The notes under the pieces: model-generated
Database searches by the model: none
The model's input: only the letters and a program-made list of their open reading frames with translations
What the model was told of the DNA's origin: nothing
From: Gemmatimonadales bacterium
GTDB taxonomy: Bacteria > Gemmatimonadota > Gemmatimonadetes > Gemmatimonadales > GWC2-71-9
NCBI GenBank assembly: GCA_039794085.1
Contig: JBDIWC010000010.1
Location: 29,210 to 93,209 of the forward strand
Length of the DNA stretch: 64,000 bases
Reading direction: 5' to 3'
Part shown: positions 52,001 to 60,909 of the stretch, one piece after another
How positions within the stretch are numbered: position 1 is the stretch's first letter
Layout of the letters: every line of letters begins with the position of its first letter
Made by a program: the position numbers and the translations under genes

Positions 52001-52126
52001 GAGGGGGTGCTGCTCTCGACCGACGGGCCGCATCACAACGTGATCAAGATCAAGCCGCCGCTGGTGCTGGGGGAGCGGGATGTTGACCGGATGGTTGCCG
52101 CGATGCGGCGGGCGCTGGAATCGTAG
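49076..52126 (+). CDS. Fusion of APH-type phosphotransferase, M23-like domain and class III PLP enzyme
   Basis: HNDWNDDN and LIDFGD; IHIGLD and PPHLH; NNVAHVGH, DEVQTG.GR, GKPLGNGHP. Confidence 0.9.
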   Translation: MPTPTSTSPPASLAEHAELLRAEFGIEGELVPLSADRGATYAMVQNGVPTHVVKIGASPTDADRARLDVQAGFLRWAQGTLGAVQVPLPVLDRQGRGWHPHAAPDGSVTAVQVTTWVPGDPLSRCRARTPPLLRSAGRALASATVAMAGTPDSLAPGVGSAASGDPFAWDLLHAGWIVPELEASSDPALREFLPIARRFVESTLLRVTRLPQQLLHNDWNDDNILVTRLLPHEEPQVTGLIDFGDMVRGPAVVELAVGLAYLMLDCTDPLAAACHVIEGYRELRPSPLADEELHLLWDLVRMRWALSAIHAASRRSGPAGNDHHQVSQAPIRRAIEATRAVPDGVVLAAFRRAADVPPVPHRDAVLAHIRKTALEGRLVPVMGNLIGAPVLDLSVSSPDAGPGAALDAAAFTRWIDAQCATHPSGAAIGRWNEPRLLYQSRGFGEAGGGTVGGTARTIHIGLDIFAAEGTPVRAPLDGVVFTVADNAGELDYGPTVVLEHGTSEGHRCHTLYGHLSRGCLTELTPGTVLRAGTPFATIGGSAVNGGWPPHLHLQLILTAPDPGGDYPGVAPPDWRTLWTAICPNPAVLAGLEEESVAAQPLDVPSLLERRHRITGANLSLSYAEPLVIVRGEGQYLYDHEGRRFLDGVNNVAHVGHGHPRVVAALSSQAAVLNTNTRYLHPRFLEYTERLTALFPDPLEVCFLVNSGSEANELALRLARAATGRRGVVAMRDGYHGNTGALIDIGGYKHLGPGGQGTPRHVRLLATPGTGGVPDVAGAMSRACAELAENGGAGAFVCEPILSCAGQVVLPPGYLEAACAAARSAGALCVIDEVQTGLGRVGTAWWAFEEQGVVPDIVTLGKPLGNGHPMGAVITTRAIADAFANGMEYFNTFGGNPVSCAVGLAVLDVIEEEGLRARAVQLGARLQKGLLELAEDHPLIGEVRGRGLFLGVECVEGTDRAPAPRQARHLVERMKQEGVLLSTDGPHHNVIKIKPPLVLGERDVDRMVAAMRRALES

Positions 52127-52573
52127 GGGCGCATCGCATGCGCCCTCCTCGAAGGGGCTCACGCGAAGGCGCGAAGACGCGAAGGGAAGTGTGAAGTTCG
52201 AAGTTTGAAGGGGCTCACGCGGAGGCACGGAGGAAACGGGGCCGTGGCGTATTCTCGGGGCGTCACCCCGGCGGACGCCGGGGTCCATCGTGAGGTGTGA
52301 AGGAGGTATCGGAGCGCAGGGGCGAATCATCAACGCAAGGCCGCGCGGAGGGGCTCACGCGAAGGCGCGAAGACACGAAGGGAAGTGTGAAGTTCGAAGT
52401 TTGAAGTTTGAAGGGGCTCACGCGGAGGCACGGAGGAAACGGGGCCGTGGCGTATTCTCGGGGCGTCACCCCGGCGAACGCCGGGGTCCATGTAAGGCCT
52501 GGAGGAGGGGCCGGGCGCCGCCGTGCTCCTGCTCCCGCGACCTTCTCAGATCCCTCGCTTTGCTCGGGATGAC
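52123..52573. repeat. Composite repeat cluster with a 136-143 bp direct duplication
   Basis: GTAG-type palindrome at 52123; duplicated units 52153-52288 and 52349-52491; reverse palindrome AGATCCCTCGCTTTGCTCGGGATGAC at 52548-52573. Confidence 0.88.
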
Positions 52574-52719
52574 TCCGTGCTCAGCACACCGATCAGCGAA
52601 CACTCCAACTCTGGTTGAGACGATCGGCCGTAAGCCTTGTTAATACAGCAGGATAGAGTCATATTACCCGCCGGATGTAACCGGGCCTTCTTCGCCCCCT
52701 TTCCCCGGTTGCCGGAGCA

Positions 52720-54012
52720 GTGATGATCCAAGTCGAAGCGGTCCAACCCGGTTCCATCGCCGAGGAGCTGGGGATTCGCCCGGGGACCACCCTGCTGTCG
52801 GTGGACGGCCACCGGCTCACCGATTTTCTCGATTGGGAGTTCCTGACGGCCGAGGAGGAGTTTCTCCTCCACGTCCGCCACCCCGATGGCGAGGAGGTCG
52901 AGTACGAGATCGAGCGGGACCTCGAAGAACCGCTCGGTGCCGTGCTGGAGCCCCCCCGGATCCGCCGTTGCGCCAACCGCTGCGACTTCTGCTTTGTCGA
53001 CGGGTTGCCCGAGGGGCTCCGCGAGGTGCTCTACATCCGCGACGACGACTACCGCCTGTCGTTCCGGTACGGCAACTTCGCCACCCTCACCAACCTCAAA
53101 CCGTGGGACACCGACCGGATCATCGCGTATCATCTGTCTCCCCTCTACGTGTCGGTCCATGCCACCGATCCGGTGGTCCGGCGCTTTCTCCTCCGCAACC
53201 CCGACGCGCCGGACATCCTGGAACAGCTCCGCCACTTCGCCGCCCACGACATCCAGTTCCACACCCAGGTTGTGATGTCGCCCGGGGTGAACGACGGGGA
53301 GATCCTCCGGCGCACTCTCTCCGATCTCTGGGATTTTGGGGACGCGATCCTGAGCGTGTCCGTGGTGCCGGTGGGGCTCACCGAGTTCAGCAAGCACCAC
53401 CTGGTCCGGGAACCGACCGTGGCGGAGTGCCGTGCCGCCGTCGACCTGATCGCGCCCTTCGCGGAACGGGCCCGCGAGTCCCGGGACGACGCCTGGGTGT
53501 ACGGGGCGGACGAGCTCTACCTGCGCGCCGAGCTGGATCTCCCCCCTGCCGAGAGCTACGGGTCGTTCGATCAGGTGGAGAACGGCGTCGGGTCGGTGCG
53601 GTATCTCCAGCAGCAGATCCGGACCGCGGAACGGCTCCGCGGGTTCAAGGGCCGCCGGATCGGGATCTGCACCGGCGCCTCGATGGGGTCGCTGATGCCC
53701 CAGGTGCTGGAGCCCCTCCGCGAGGCCACGGGGGCCAGGTTCGAGTTGATGCCCCTCACCAACACGCTGTTCGGATCCCGGGTCACCACGGCGGGACTCC
53801 TGCCGGGCCGGGACTTTCTCGACGCCATCCGGAACCGGAACGACCTCGACCTGGTGCTCCTGCCCGGTGAGGCCCTGAACGATCATGGTCGGTTCATCGA
53901 CGACCTGTCCCTGACGGAATTGCAGGCGGGAGTGCCCATGCCGGTCTGGATGTCGAAAACGTTCGTGGATGTGCTGGTCGAGGAGGGGGAGGGGGAGGGG
54001 GAGGGGGAATGA
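52720..54012 (+). CDS. DUF512 protein (PDZ + CxxxCxxC Fe-S/radical SAM-like)
   Basis: CANRCDFCFVD, DDDYRLSF, QVENGVG; upstream of der. Confidence 0.88.
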   Translation: MMIQVEAVQPGSIAEELGIRPGTTLLSVDGHRLTDFLDWEFLTAEEEFLLHVRHPDGEEVEYEIERDLEEPLGAVLEPPRIRRCANRCDFCFVDGLPEGLREVLYIRDDDYRLSFRYGNFATLTNLKPWDTDRIIAYHLSPLYVSVHATDPVVRRFLLRNPDAPDILEQLRHFAAHDIQFHTQVVMSPGVNDGEILRRTLSDLWDFGDAILSVSVVPVGLTEFSKHHLVREPTVAECRAAVDLIAPFAERARESRDDAWVYGADELYLRAELDLPPAESYGSFDQVENGVGSVRYLQQQIRTAERLRGFKGRRIGICTGASMGSLMPQVLEPLREATGARFELMPLTNTLFGSRVTTAGLLPGRDFLDAIRNRNDLDLVLLPGEALNDHGRFIDDLSLTELQAGVPMPVWMSKTFVDVLVEEGEGEGEGE

Positions 54013-55331
54013 GTCTTCCCACTGTCGCCATCGTCGGCCGCCCCAATGTGGGCAAATCGACCCTGTTCAACCGGATCGTCGGGGGCCGAACCGCCATCGT
54101 GTCGGATCAGGCGGGGACCACGCGGGACCGGCACTTTGCCCGCGCCGATTGGGCAGGCCACACCTTCTGGCTGGTCGACACCGGGGGGCTGGTGCCCGAC
54201 GCGTCGAACGCGATGGACAAGGCGATCCGGGACCAGGTCGACCAGGCCCTCGCCGCCGCCGATGCGATCCTCTTCGTGGTGGATGGCCAGGCCGGGGTGC
54301 ATCCGGTGGATAGGGCCATCGCGGAACGGCTCCGCAAGGTGACGGTGCCGGTGATTCTGACGGTCAACAAGCTCGACAACCTCCCGGCGACGCATGAGCA
54401 TTATGCGTTTCACGAACTCGGTCTCGGCGAGCCGTATCCGGTGAGTGCGCAGGTGGGGAAGGCGAGCGGCGATCTTCTCGATGTGGTGATCGAGGCACTC
54501 CCCGAGGGGGAGGCCCACCCGACCGATGAGATCTCGGTGGCCATCATCGGCCGGCCCAACGCGGGGAAGTCCTCCCTGGCCAACCGGCTGCTGGGTGAGG
54601 AGCGGTATGTGGTGTCGCCCGAGGCGGGCACCACGCGGGATGCGGTCGATTCGGTGCTCCACTATCACGACACCACGATCCGGTTCATCGACACCGCCGG
54701 CCTTCGGAAGCGCTCCCGGGTGGTGGAGGACATCGAATTCTACAGCACACTCCGAACCCAGCGCGCCATCGCCGAGGCCGATGTCTGCGTGCTGGTGGTC
54801 GACGCCACCCGGGGCCTCGAGATTCAGGACCTGCGCATCGCCAACCAGGTGTGGGACGAGGGCGCCGCCCTGATCATCGCGGTGAACAAGTGGGACCTGG
54901 TGGCGGAAAAGGACACCAACACCGCCGAACGGGGGAGGAAGGCGCTGATCGCCAAGGCACCGTTCCTGGAGTTCATTCCGTTCATCTTTCTCTCGGCCAC
55001 CAGCGGGCAGCGGGCCCGGAAGGTGCTCGATGAGATCATTCGGGTGGGGCAGGGGCGCCATGAGCGGGTGGCCACGGCGGAGGTGAACCGGGTGTTGCGG
55101 GAGCTGGTGGAGCGGAACCAGCCCCCCCAGCGTCCCGGCGAGGAGGTCCGCCTCCTCTATGCCTCCCAGATCGGCACGGCGCCGCCCAAGTTTGCCATCG
55201 TGAGCAACCGGCCGACGATGTTGCCCGAGAGCTATGAGCGCTACCTGGTGCGGGGTTTCCGCGAGGCCTGGGGCTTTGCCGGGTCCCCGTTGCGGCTCAA
55301 GTTCAAGATGAAGTCGGGAAAGCGGCGGTGA
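54009..55331 (+). CDS. der: Ribosome biogenesis GTPase Der (EngA)
   Basis: Tandem G domains GRPNVGKS and GRPNAGKS, KH-like tail. Confidence 0.96.
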   Translation: MSLPTVAIVGRPNVGKSTLFNRIVGGRTAIVSDQAGTTRDRHFARADWAGHTFWLVDTGGLVPDASNAMDKAIRDQVDQALAAADAILFVVDGQAGVHPVDRAIAERLRKVTVPVILTVNKLDNLPATHEHYAFHELGLGEPYPVSAQVGKASGDLLDVVIEALPEGEAHPTDEISVAIIGRPNAGKSSLANRLLGEERYVVSPEAGTTRDAVDSVLHYHDTTIRFIDTAGLRKRSRVVEDIEFYSTLRTQRAIAEADVCVLVVDATRGLEIQDLRIANQVWDEGAALIIAVNKWDLVAEKDTNTAERGRKALIAKAPFLEFIPFIFLSATSGQRARKVLDEIIRVGQGRHERVATAEVNRVLRELVERNQPPQRPGEEVRLLYASQIGTAPPKFAIVSNRPTMLPESYERYLVRGFREAWGFAGSPLRLKFKMKSGKRR

Positions 55332-55939
55332 CGACTTCTCTCTGGTTCGTCCTGGCGTATCTCGTGGGGGCGATCCCCACCAGCCACTGGGTGGCCAGAG
55401 GGTTCCGCGGAATCGACCTGCGGGAACATGGCAGCGGAAACCTCGGTGCCACCAACCTTTACCGGGTTCTTGGCTGGCGCTATGCGGTGCCGGTGGGACT
55501 CTTCGACATCGCCAAGGGAGCGATCCCCACCGCCTGGTTCGCTTCTCTGGCCCACGGAGATGCGGTCATGTCGATCGCGCTCGGCCTCAGCGCGGTCCTG
55601 GGCCATGTGTTCTCGGTGTTCGTCGGGTTCCGCGGTGGGAAGGGGGTCGCCACCGGCGCCGGCGTGGTTCTCGGATTGCTCCCCTTTGCCTTTGCCGTGG
55701 CGGTGGCCACCTGGGGCGCGCTCTTGTTTCTCACCGGGTATGTGTCGGTGGCCAGCCTCGCGGCTGCGGCGATCTTTCCGGTGGCGGGGTATCTGCTTCA
55801 CCCGGAGGCCCGTCACACCCTCTGGCTTCAACTGTTGCTGGCGGGAGCGGTGATCGTGCTGCATCGTGCCAACCTGCGGCGCCTGCTGAATGGAACCGAG
55901 CCGCGCTTCCGCCGGCGCTCGGAGGGGGGGACATCGTGA
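55328..55939 (+). CDS. plsY: Glycerol-3-phosphate acyltransferase PlsY
   Basis: GSGNLGATN, FRGGKGVATG, HRANLRRLLNGTE. Confidence 0.94.
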   Translation: MTTSLWFVLAYLVGAIPTSHWVARGFRGIDLREHGSGNLGATNLYRVLGWRYAVPVGLFDIAKGAIPTAWFASLAHGDAVMSIALGLSAVLGHVFSVFVGFRGGKGVATGAGVVLGLLPFAFAVAVATWGALLFLTGYVSVASLAAAAIFPVAGYLLHPEARHTLWLQLLLAGAVIVLHRANLRRLLNGTEPRFRRRSEGGTS

Positions 55940-56937
55940 CCCAGCGTATTGGAGTCCTGGGAGCCGGGAGCTGGGGGACCGCTCTCGCCAACCTGCTGGC
56001 GCGGGCCGGGCATCCGGTGCGGATCTGGGCCTACGAACCGGAGGTGGTGGAGAGCGTGAACCGGGACCGGGAGAATCGCCTCTACTTCCCGGGGTGCACC
56101 CTGGCGAGTGAGCTGACCGCGGTGTCCGATCCTCTCCAGGCAGTGGAAGGGGCCTCGATGGTGGTCGTCGCCACGCCGAGCCATGTCACCCGGACGGTGT
56201 TGCGCCAGGTGGCGCACGGGTGGACCGGGGGCGTGCCCCTGGTCTGTGCCTCGAAGGGAATCGAGATGGAGACGTTGGCGCTGATGTCGGACGTGGCTCG
56301 GGCGGAAGTTCCTCAGGCTCCGTTCGTGGCGTTGTCGGGACCGAGCTTTGCCCGCGAGGTCTACGAGGCCCAGCCGACGGCGGTGGTGGCCGCCTCCGGA
56401 GAAGGCCCGGTGGCCCGGCAGGTGCAGGAGGCGTTCTCCACCGATCGGTTTCGGGTCTATACCTCGGGCGACGTGATCGGAACGGAGCTGGGAGGCTCCC
56501 TTAAGAACGTCATCGCCATCGCGGCCGGAATCCTGGAGGGTCTCGGGCTCGGCAACAACCCGCGGGCGGCGCTCATCACCCGAGGTCTGGCGGAAATGAC
56601 CCGGCTCGGCACGGCGCTCGGTGCCGAGGCCGCGACCTTTGCCGGACTCGCCGGTATCGGGGACCTGATCCTGACCACCTGTGGTTCGCTCAGTCGGAAT
56701 CGGTCGCTCGGCGTGGCCCTGGCCCGGGGACAGACCTTGGAGGAGCACCGGGCGGCACACCGGACCGTGGCGGAGGGAGTCAACACCGCCGACGCCGCCT
56801 CGCGGCTCGCCCAGCGGGTGAACGTGGAGCTCCCCATCACCAGCGAAGTGAGAGCCGTGCTTTTCGAGGGGAAGGCCCCCCGCGACGCGATCGCCGATCT
56901 GATGACCCGCGAACTTCGACCGGAACGTGACCGATGA
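55936..56937 (+). CDS. gpsA: NAD(P)H-dependent glycerol-3-phosphate dehydrogenase
   Basis: GAGSWGTAL, LSGPSFA, LKNVIAIA, GDLILTT..SRN. Confidence 0.95.
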   Translation: MTQRIGVLGAGSWGTALANLLARAGHPVRIWAYEPEVVESVNRDRENRLYFPGCTLASELTAVSDPLQAVEGASMVVVATPSHVTRTVLRQVAHGWTGGVPLVCASKGIEMETLALMSDVARAEVPQAPFVALSGPSFAREVYEAQPTAVVAASGEGPVARQVQEAFSTDRFRVYTSGDVIGTELGGSLKNVIAIAAGILEGLGLGNNPRAALITRGLAEMTRLGTALGAEAATFAGLAGIGDLILTTCGSLSRNRSLGVALARGQTLEEHRAAHRTVAEGVNTADAASRLAQRVNVELPITSEVRAVLFEGKAPRDAIADLMTRELRPERDR

Positions 56938-57299
56938 CCACACCCCCGCCGGTCCAGGAGTTCTTTGCCATCGGGGACGTTTGCTCTCTGACCGGATTGC
57001 GTCCCCATGTGCTGCGATACTGGGAGAGCCAGTTCCGGGTGCTCCGTCCCACCAAGAACCGGGCGGGAAACCGGATCTACCGGGGCCGCGAGGTGGAACT
57101 CATCCTCCTCATCAAGCACCTCCTCTACACCGAGAAGTTCACGATCGACGGGGCGCGACAGCGTCTCGATCAGTTGCGCCGAACCGGGGAGTTGAAGGCC
57201 GAGGCGCGCACCGCGGCCAAGGCGGTCACCCTGTCGGAGCTGCGCCAGGAATTGGACATCATCATGGGAGTGCTGAACGGGTCGGTGCCTCCCGGGTGA
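56934..57299 (+). CDS. MerR family transcriptional regulator
   Basis: IGDV..HVLRYWESQF..RIY..FTIDGAR. Confidence 0.88.
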   Translation: MTTPPPVQEFFAIGDVCSLTGLRPHVLRYWESQFRVLRPTKNRAGNRIYRGREVELILLIKHLLYTEKFTIDGARQRLDQLRRTGELKAEARTAAKAVTLSELRQELDIIMGVLNGSVPPG

Positions 57300-57650
57300 A
57301 GTTCGAAGTTCGAAGTTTGAAGTTTGAAGGAGAAAAGCGGGGTACGTTCCCGCCATCGGGAGCGTCATCCCGAGCGGGAGCGAGGGATCTGAGGAGATCG
57401 TCGGAGTACTTCCCGTCGTCGGGTCTCCCCTGGTCGGGGAGAGACTCATCGCTGGGGACAGACGTCGCGCGAAAGGGTCACGCGGAGGAGATGCGGAGGG
57501 AGGTCGGGGCCCGGTACATGAGATGTTCACACGAAGACACGAAGACACGAAGGGAGTCCTAGGGGCGAATCACATTCGCCCTTCTCAACGCAGAGTCACC
57601 CGGGCGCAGGGTCGCACCAGGTGAAGCGTGAAGTTCGAACTTCACACTTC
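57298..57650. repeat. Composite repeat: heptamer brackets enclosing a CGTC palindrome, nonamers and a TAGGGGCGAAT palindrome
   Basis: Heptamers 57298-57330 and 57621-57650; CGTCATCCCGAGCGGGAGCGAGGGATCT at 57363-57390; CACGAAGA repeats about 57528-57551. Confidence 0.82.
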
Positions 57651-57695
57651 CCCCTGCATGGATCCTGCACCTTCGACGGTTATCTTTCCCCCCAC

Positions 57696-58442
57696 ATGCA
57701 CATACTTGTCACGAACGACGACGGCATCCTTGCCCCGGGGATCGGGCTTCTGGGTGAGGCGTGTCTCACCGTTGCCCAGGTCACCGTGGTGGCTCCCGAT
57801 CGCGAACAGAGCGGGACCTCACATTCCCTGACGATGCACCGTCCGCTTCGGCCTGCCCGCCGTCACGACGGGTCCTTTCAGATCGACGGGACGCCGACCG
57901 ATTGTGTGCTTCTGGCGCTCGGGGGACTGCTTCCCGAGCCGGTCGATTTCGTCTTTTCCGGAGTCAATCATGGACCCAACATGGGGGAGGATGTACTCTA
58001 TTCAGGGACCGTGGCCGCTGCGATGGAGGCAGTCAACCTGGGTGTCCCGGGAATCGCCGTCAGTTTTTCGGGAGAGGATACCGAGACCCTGCTGACCTAT
58101 CGCGATACCCTGGTCCGGCTGGTGCGGCGGATTGTCGAGACCAGCTTCCCTCCCGGCACCCTCCTCAACATCAACCTCCCTGATCTCCCCGCCGACCAGG
58201 TCCAGGGTATCCGGGTGACCAAGCTCGGCAGCCGGTACTTCTCCGAATCGCTCACCCGGTTGCAGGATCCCCGGGGAAGGGACGTCTACTGGATCGGGGG
58301 AGGGAGCATCACCTATACCGGCGAGGGCGAAACCGATCATCGCGCCACGCAGGAGGGGTACATCTCCATCACTCCGCTCCACATGGACCTGACCAATTAT
58401 TCCCTCCTGGAGACGGTGCGGTCATGGTCCCTGGACCGGTAG
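57696..58442 (+). CDS. surE: 5'/3'-nucleotidase SurE
   Basis: ILVTNDDG, GTPTDCV, SGVNHGPN, YSGTVAAA. Confidence 0.94.
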   Translation: MHILVTNDDGILAPGIGLLGEACLTVAQVTVVAPDREQSGTSHSLTMHRPLRPARRHDGSFQIDGTPTDCVLLALGGLLPEPVDFVFSGVNHGPNMGEDVLYSGTVAAAMEAVNLGVPGIAVSFSGEDTETLLTYRDTLVRLVRRIVETSFPPGTLLNINLPDLPADQVQGIRVTKLGSRYFSESLTRLQDPRGRDVYWIGGGSITYTGEGETDHRATQEGYISITPLHMDLTNYSLLETVRSWSLDR

Positions 58443-59104
58443 ACCACGCTCAGGACAGTTACGGGGGATACCGGAGCGCGCTGGTTGAAACGGTGCGGGG
58501 GAGAGGCATCCGCGACCTCTCCGTTCTGCGGGCCATTGCCACCGTTCCCCGGCACCTCTTCGTTCCCGAGAGCGTGCGACACCGGGCGTATGAGGACAGC
58601 GCCCTTCCGCTCTCCGCGGGCCAGACCATTTCTCAGCCCTCGGTCCAGGCCCGGTCCCTCGAGGCACTGCGCCTGACGGGGAAGGAGAAGGTTCTCGAGG
58701 TCGGGGCGGGGTCGGGGTACCAGACGGCGCTCCTCGCCACACTCGCCCACGCCGTCGTGGCTGTGGAGCGACTACCACACCTCGCGGCACAAGCCCGCCA
58801 GGCCCTCCAGGAGGCAGGGGCTCGCAACGTGACCGTGCTGGTCGGTGATGGGACCCTGGGCTGGCGCCCACTCGGGCCCTATGACGCCATCGTCGTGGCC
58901 GCGGCATCGCCGGCCATCCCGGGGCCCCTGATTGAGCAGCTCGCCGAGGGGGGGAGGATTGTCATCCCCCTCGGGGACCAGGAGATCCAGCGTCTCACCG
59001 TCGGGACAAAGAAGGGAGATCGGCTCGAAACCGAGGTGATCGAGCAGGTACGATTCGTGCCCCTCCTCGGCGAGCACGGCTTCCCTGGAGACATTCCCGC
59101 ATGA
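58424..59104 (+). CDS. pcm: Protein-L-isoaspartate O-methyltransferase
   Basis: VPRHLFV, GQTISQP, VLEVGAGSGYQ, RFVPL. Confidence 0.94.
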   Translation: MVPGPVDHAQDSYGGYRSALVETVRGRGIRDLSVLRAIATVPRHLFVPESVRHRAYEDSALPLSAGQTISQPSVQARSLEALRLTGKEKVLEVGAGSGYQTALLATLAHAVVAVERLPHLAAQARQALQEAGARNVTVLVGDGTLGWRPLGPYDAIVVAAASPAIPGPLIEQLAEGGRIVIPLGDQEIQRLTVGTKKGDRLETEVIEQVRFVPLLGEHGFPGDIPA

Positions 59105-59736
59105 TTGAGCAGGTCATTGCGACGATCGTGGAGACAGTGCTGGCGCTGGGCTATCCGGGCATCCTGGTCCTGATGGCGATCGAGTCCTCCTTCATCCCCT
59201 TTCCGAGCGAACTGGTGCTCCCGCCGGCGGGATATCTCGCGGCGCAGGGGAAGATGCACTTTGGGCTTGCCCTCGCGGCAGGGCTCACCGGGAGCCTGGC
59301 CGGAGCGCTGTTCAATTACTGGTTTGCCATTCGGGTGGGGGAGCCGTTCCTGCGCCGGTATGGGAAGTATTTCTTCGTGTCCGCCAAGGGGCTCGACCGG
59401 GCGGAGTCGTTCTTTCGGCGCCATGGTGAAGTGAGCACTTTCGTAGGCCGGCTGGTGCCGGTGGTCCGGCAGCTTATCTCAGTTCCTGCGGGGATGGCAC
59501 GGATGCGGCTCGGTCCCTTCGTGGCGTGGACCGCCCTCGGGGCAGGGATCTGGTGCACAGTGCTCCTCTATGGGGGCTGGATCCTCGGGCGACATGGGGA
59601 GGCTCTCCGGGAGGCAGCGGTCCACGCCTATACCTCCCGGGCGCTCCTCATCATCGCTCCTGCGTTGGTGGTGATTGTCGCGGGATATATTTTCTGGCAT
59701 CGGATGAAAGTTCGAAGTTCGAAGTTCGAAGTTTGA
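59101..59736 (+). CDS. dedA: DedA family membrane protein; C-terminus runs into a heptamer repeat
   Basis: ESSFIPFPSE, GRLVPVVRQLISVPAG. Confidence 0.9.
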   Translation: MIEQVIATIVETVLALGYPGILVLMAIESSFIPFPSELVLPPAGYLAAQGKMHFGLALAAGLTGSLAGALFNYWFAIRVGEPFLRRYGKYFFVSAKGLDRAESFFRRHGEVSTFVGRLVPVVRQLISVPAGMARMRLGPFVAWTALGAGIWCTVLLYGGWILGRHGEALREAAVHAYTSRALLIIAPALVVIVAGYIFWHRMKVRSSKFEV

Positions 59737-59803
59737 AGGGAGCCAACTTCACACTTTTGATCGATTGCATTCTATATACCATTGATATACAAGGGATTGC
59801 AAT

Positions 59804-60346
59804 TTGTTACTTCATCCTAATAATCAAGACATTGGGGGCAGGATTCTCCGGTCCGCCCGGACCTTCATGGACTTCCCGAAGGCGGGAATCGCCTTCAAGG
59901 ACATCACACCTATCCTCGCCGATGCCGACCTTTTTCGGGATGTCACTGAGGCGCTGGCCGAGGGGCTCGGGGATGAGGTGCAGGGGGTGGTTGGGATCGA
60001 GGCACGGGGGTTCATCTTTGCCGCAGCGGTTGCTCGGGTCCGGCATCTCCCGCTCCTGCTTGCCCGGAAGCCCGGGAAACTCCCCGGTCCACGGCACCGG
60101 GAAGAGTACGCACTGGAGTATGGAAGCGACGCCCTGGAGCTGCACCGGGATCTCCTGCCGGCGGGATGCTCGGTCGGGATCGTGGATGATGTGCTGGCCA
60201 CCGGAGGGACGGCGGCCGCGGCCGGCCGGCTGAGTGAGCTGGCCGGGTACGGAGTCTCTTCCTGGGCCTTCGTGCTGGAAATTGACGGACTCGGAGGGAG
60301 GGGGCGGCTGAACGGAACGAGGGTGACGGTTCTGGCCCAGGTGTGA
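59804..60346 (+). CDS. apt: Adenine phosphoribosyltransferase (start uncertain)
   Basis: DFPKAGIAFKDITP, EARGF, RKPGKLP, YALEYG, VDDVLATGGT. Confidence 0.9.
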   Translation: MLLHPNNQDIGGRILRSARTFMDFPKAGIAFKDITPILADADLFRDVTEALAEGLGDEVQGVVGIEARGFIFAAAVARVRHLPLLLARKPGKLPGPRHREEYALEYGSDALELHRDLLPAGCSVGIVDDVLATGGTAAAAGRLSELAGYGVSSWAFVLEIDGLGGRGRLNGTRVTVLAQV

Positions 60347-60568
60347 ATTGAATTGAACTTTCCGCAGGGCCGACGGGATTTGAGGCGTTTCCGGGGAAAT
60401 GGCCACAAGAGGCACAGAAAGCACAAGAGGCACGAAACCCTGCGACCGGGGACGAATATCCATGGTAACTTGGACAACTGCCGCGCTTCGGCCATGCCGT
60501 TTTAGAGGAACCCGATTTTGTGTCTTGTGTGCTTCTTGTGGTTGGCTTTCGGGGTGAAGGGACGGGGT

Positions 60569-60628
60569 GGGCTGGGGGGACGGGAGCAGTTGAACGGGAG
60601 CAGGGTGACGGTTCTGGCCCAGGTGTGA
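60569..60628 (+). repeat. Duplicated 3' end of apt
   Basis: Exact 27-bp AGGGTGACGGTTCTGGCCCAGGTGTGA at 60320-60346 and 60602-60628, with diverged in-frame extension. Confidence 0.88.
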
Positions 60629-60747
60629 CGGGGGGAATTTGAATCTTTGGGGTTGAGTCCTCTTGCTCCTCCGGGGCAACGCGTGAGCAGCCGTTCTCTC
60701 GCGGGCCGCGCCAGGCCGACCCCACGCGAAACCCGGAAGATCCCGAT

Positions 60748-60777
60748 TTGACTTTCCTCTCTTAAGTCTCGTAGATT
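60748..60777 (+). promoter_or_regulatory. Sigma70-type promoter of tRNA-Arg
   Basis: TTGACT, 18 bp, TAGATT, 10 nt before the tRNA. Confidence 0.55.
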
Positions 60778-60787
60778 TGGTGGCTTG

Positions 60788-60861
60788 GCCCCCGTAGCTC
60801 AGGTGGATAGAGCAGCGGTTTCCTAAACCGTTGGCCGGGCGTTCGAGTCGCCCCGGGGGTA
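60788..60861 (+). tRNA. tRNA-Arg (CCT), CCA not encoded
   Basis: GCCCCCG/CGGGGGT acceptor stem, anticodon loop TTCCTAA, GTTCGAGT T-loop. Confidence 0.95.
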
Positions 60862-60909
60862 TACCGGGGGCGGGCAGCCCCTGCGGCAAAAACACGAGGA
60901 CGATCTTCC

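Noticed and set aside
31531..52700. tRNA-Gly-anchored integrative element or prophage
   Set aside because: I found no integrase, no phage genes and no repeat of the tRNA 3' end by eye.
53980..54009. (GAGGGG)n run as a phase-variable tract
   Set aside because: The unit is 6 bp, so it stays in frame. It encodes a terminal EG tail and doubles as the der SD.
60287..60628. Diversity-generating retroelement VR/TR pair at the apt 3' end
   Set aside because: Mismatches are not confined to adenines of one copy, and no reverse transcriptase is in the window.
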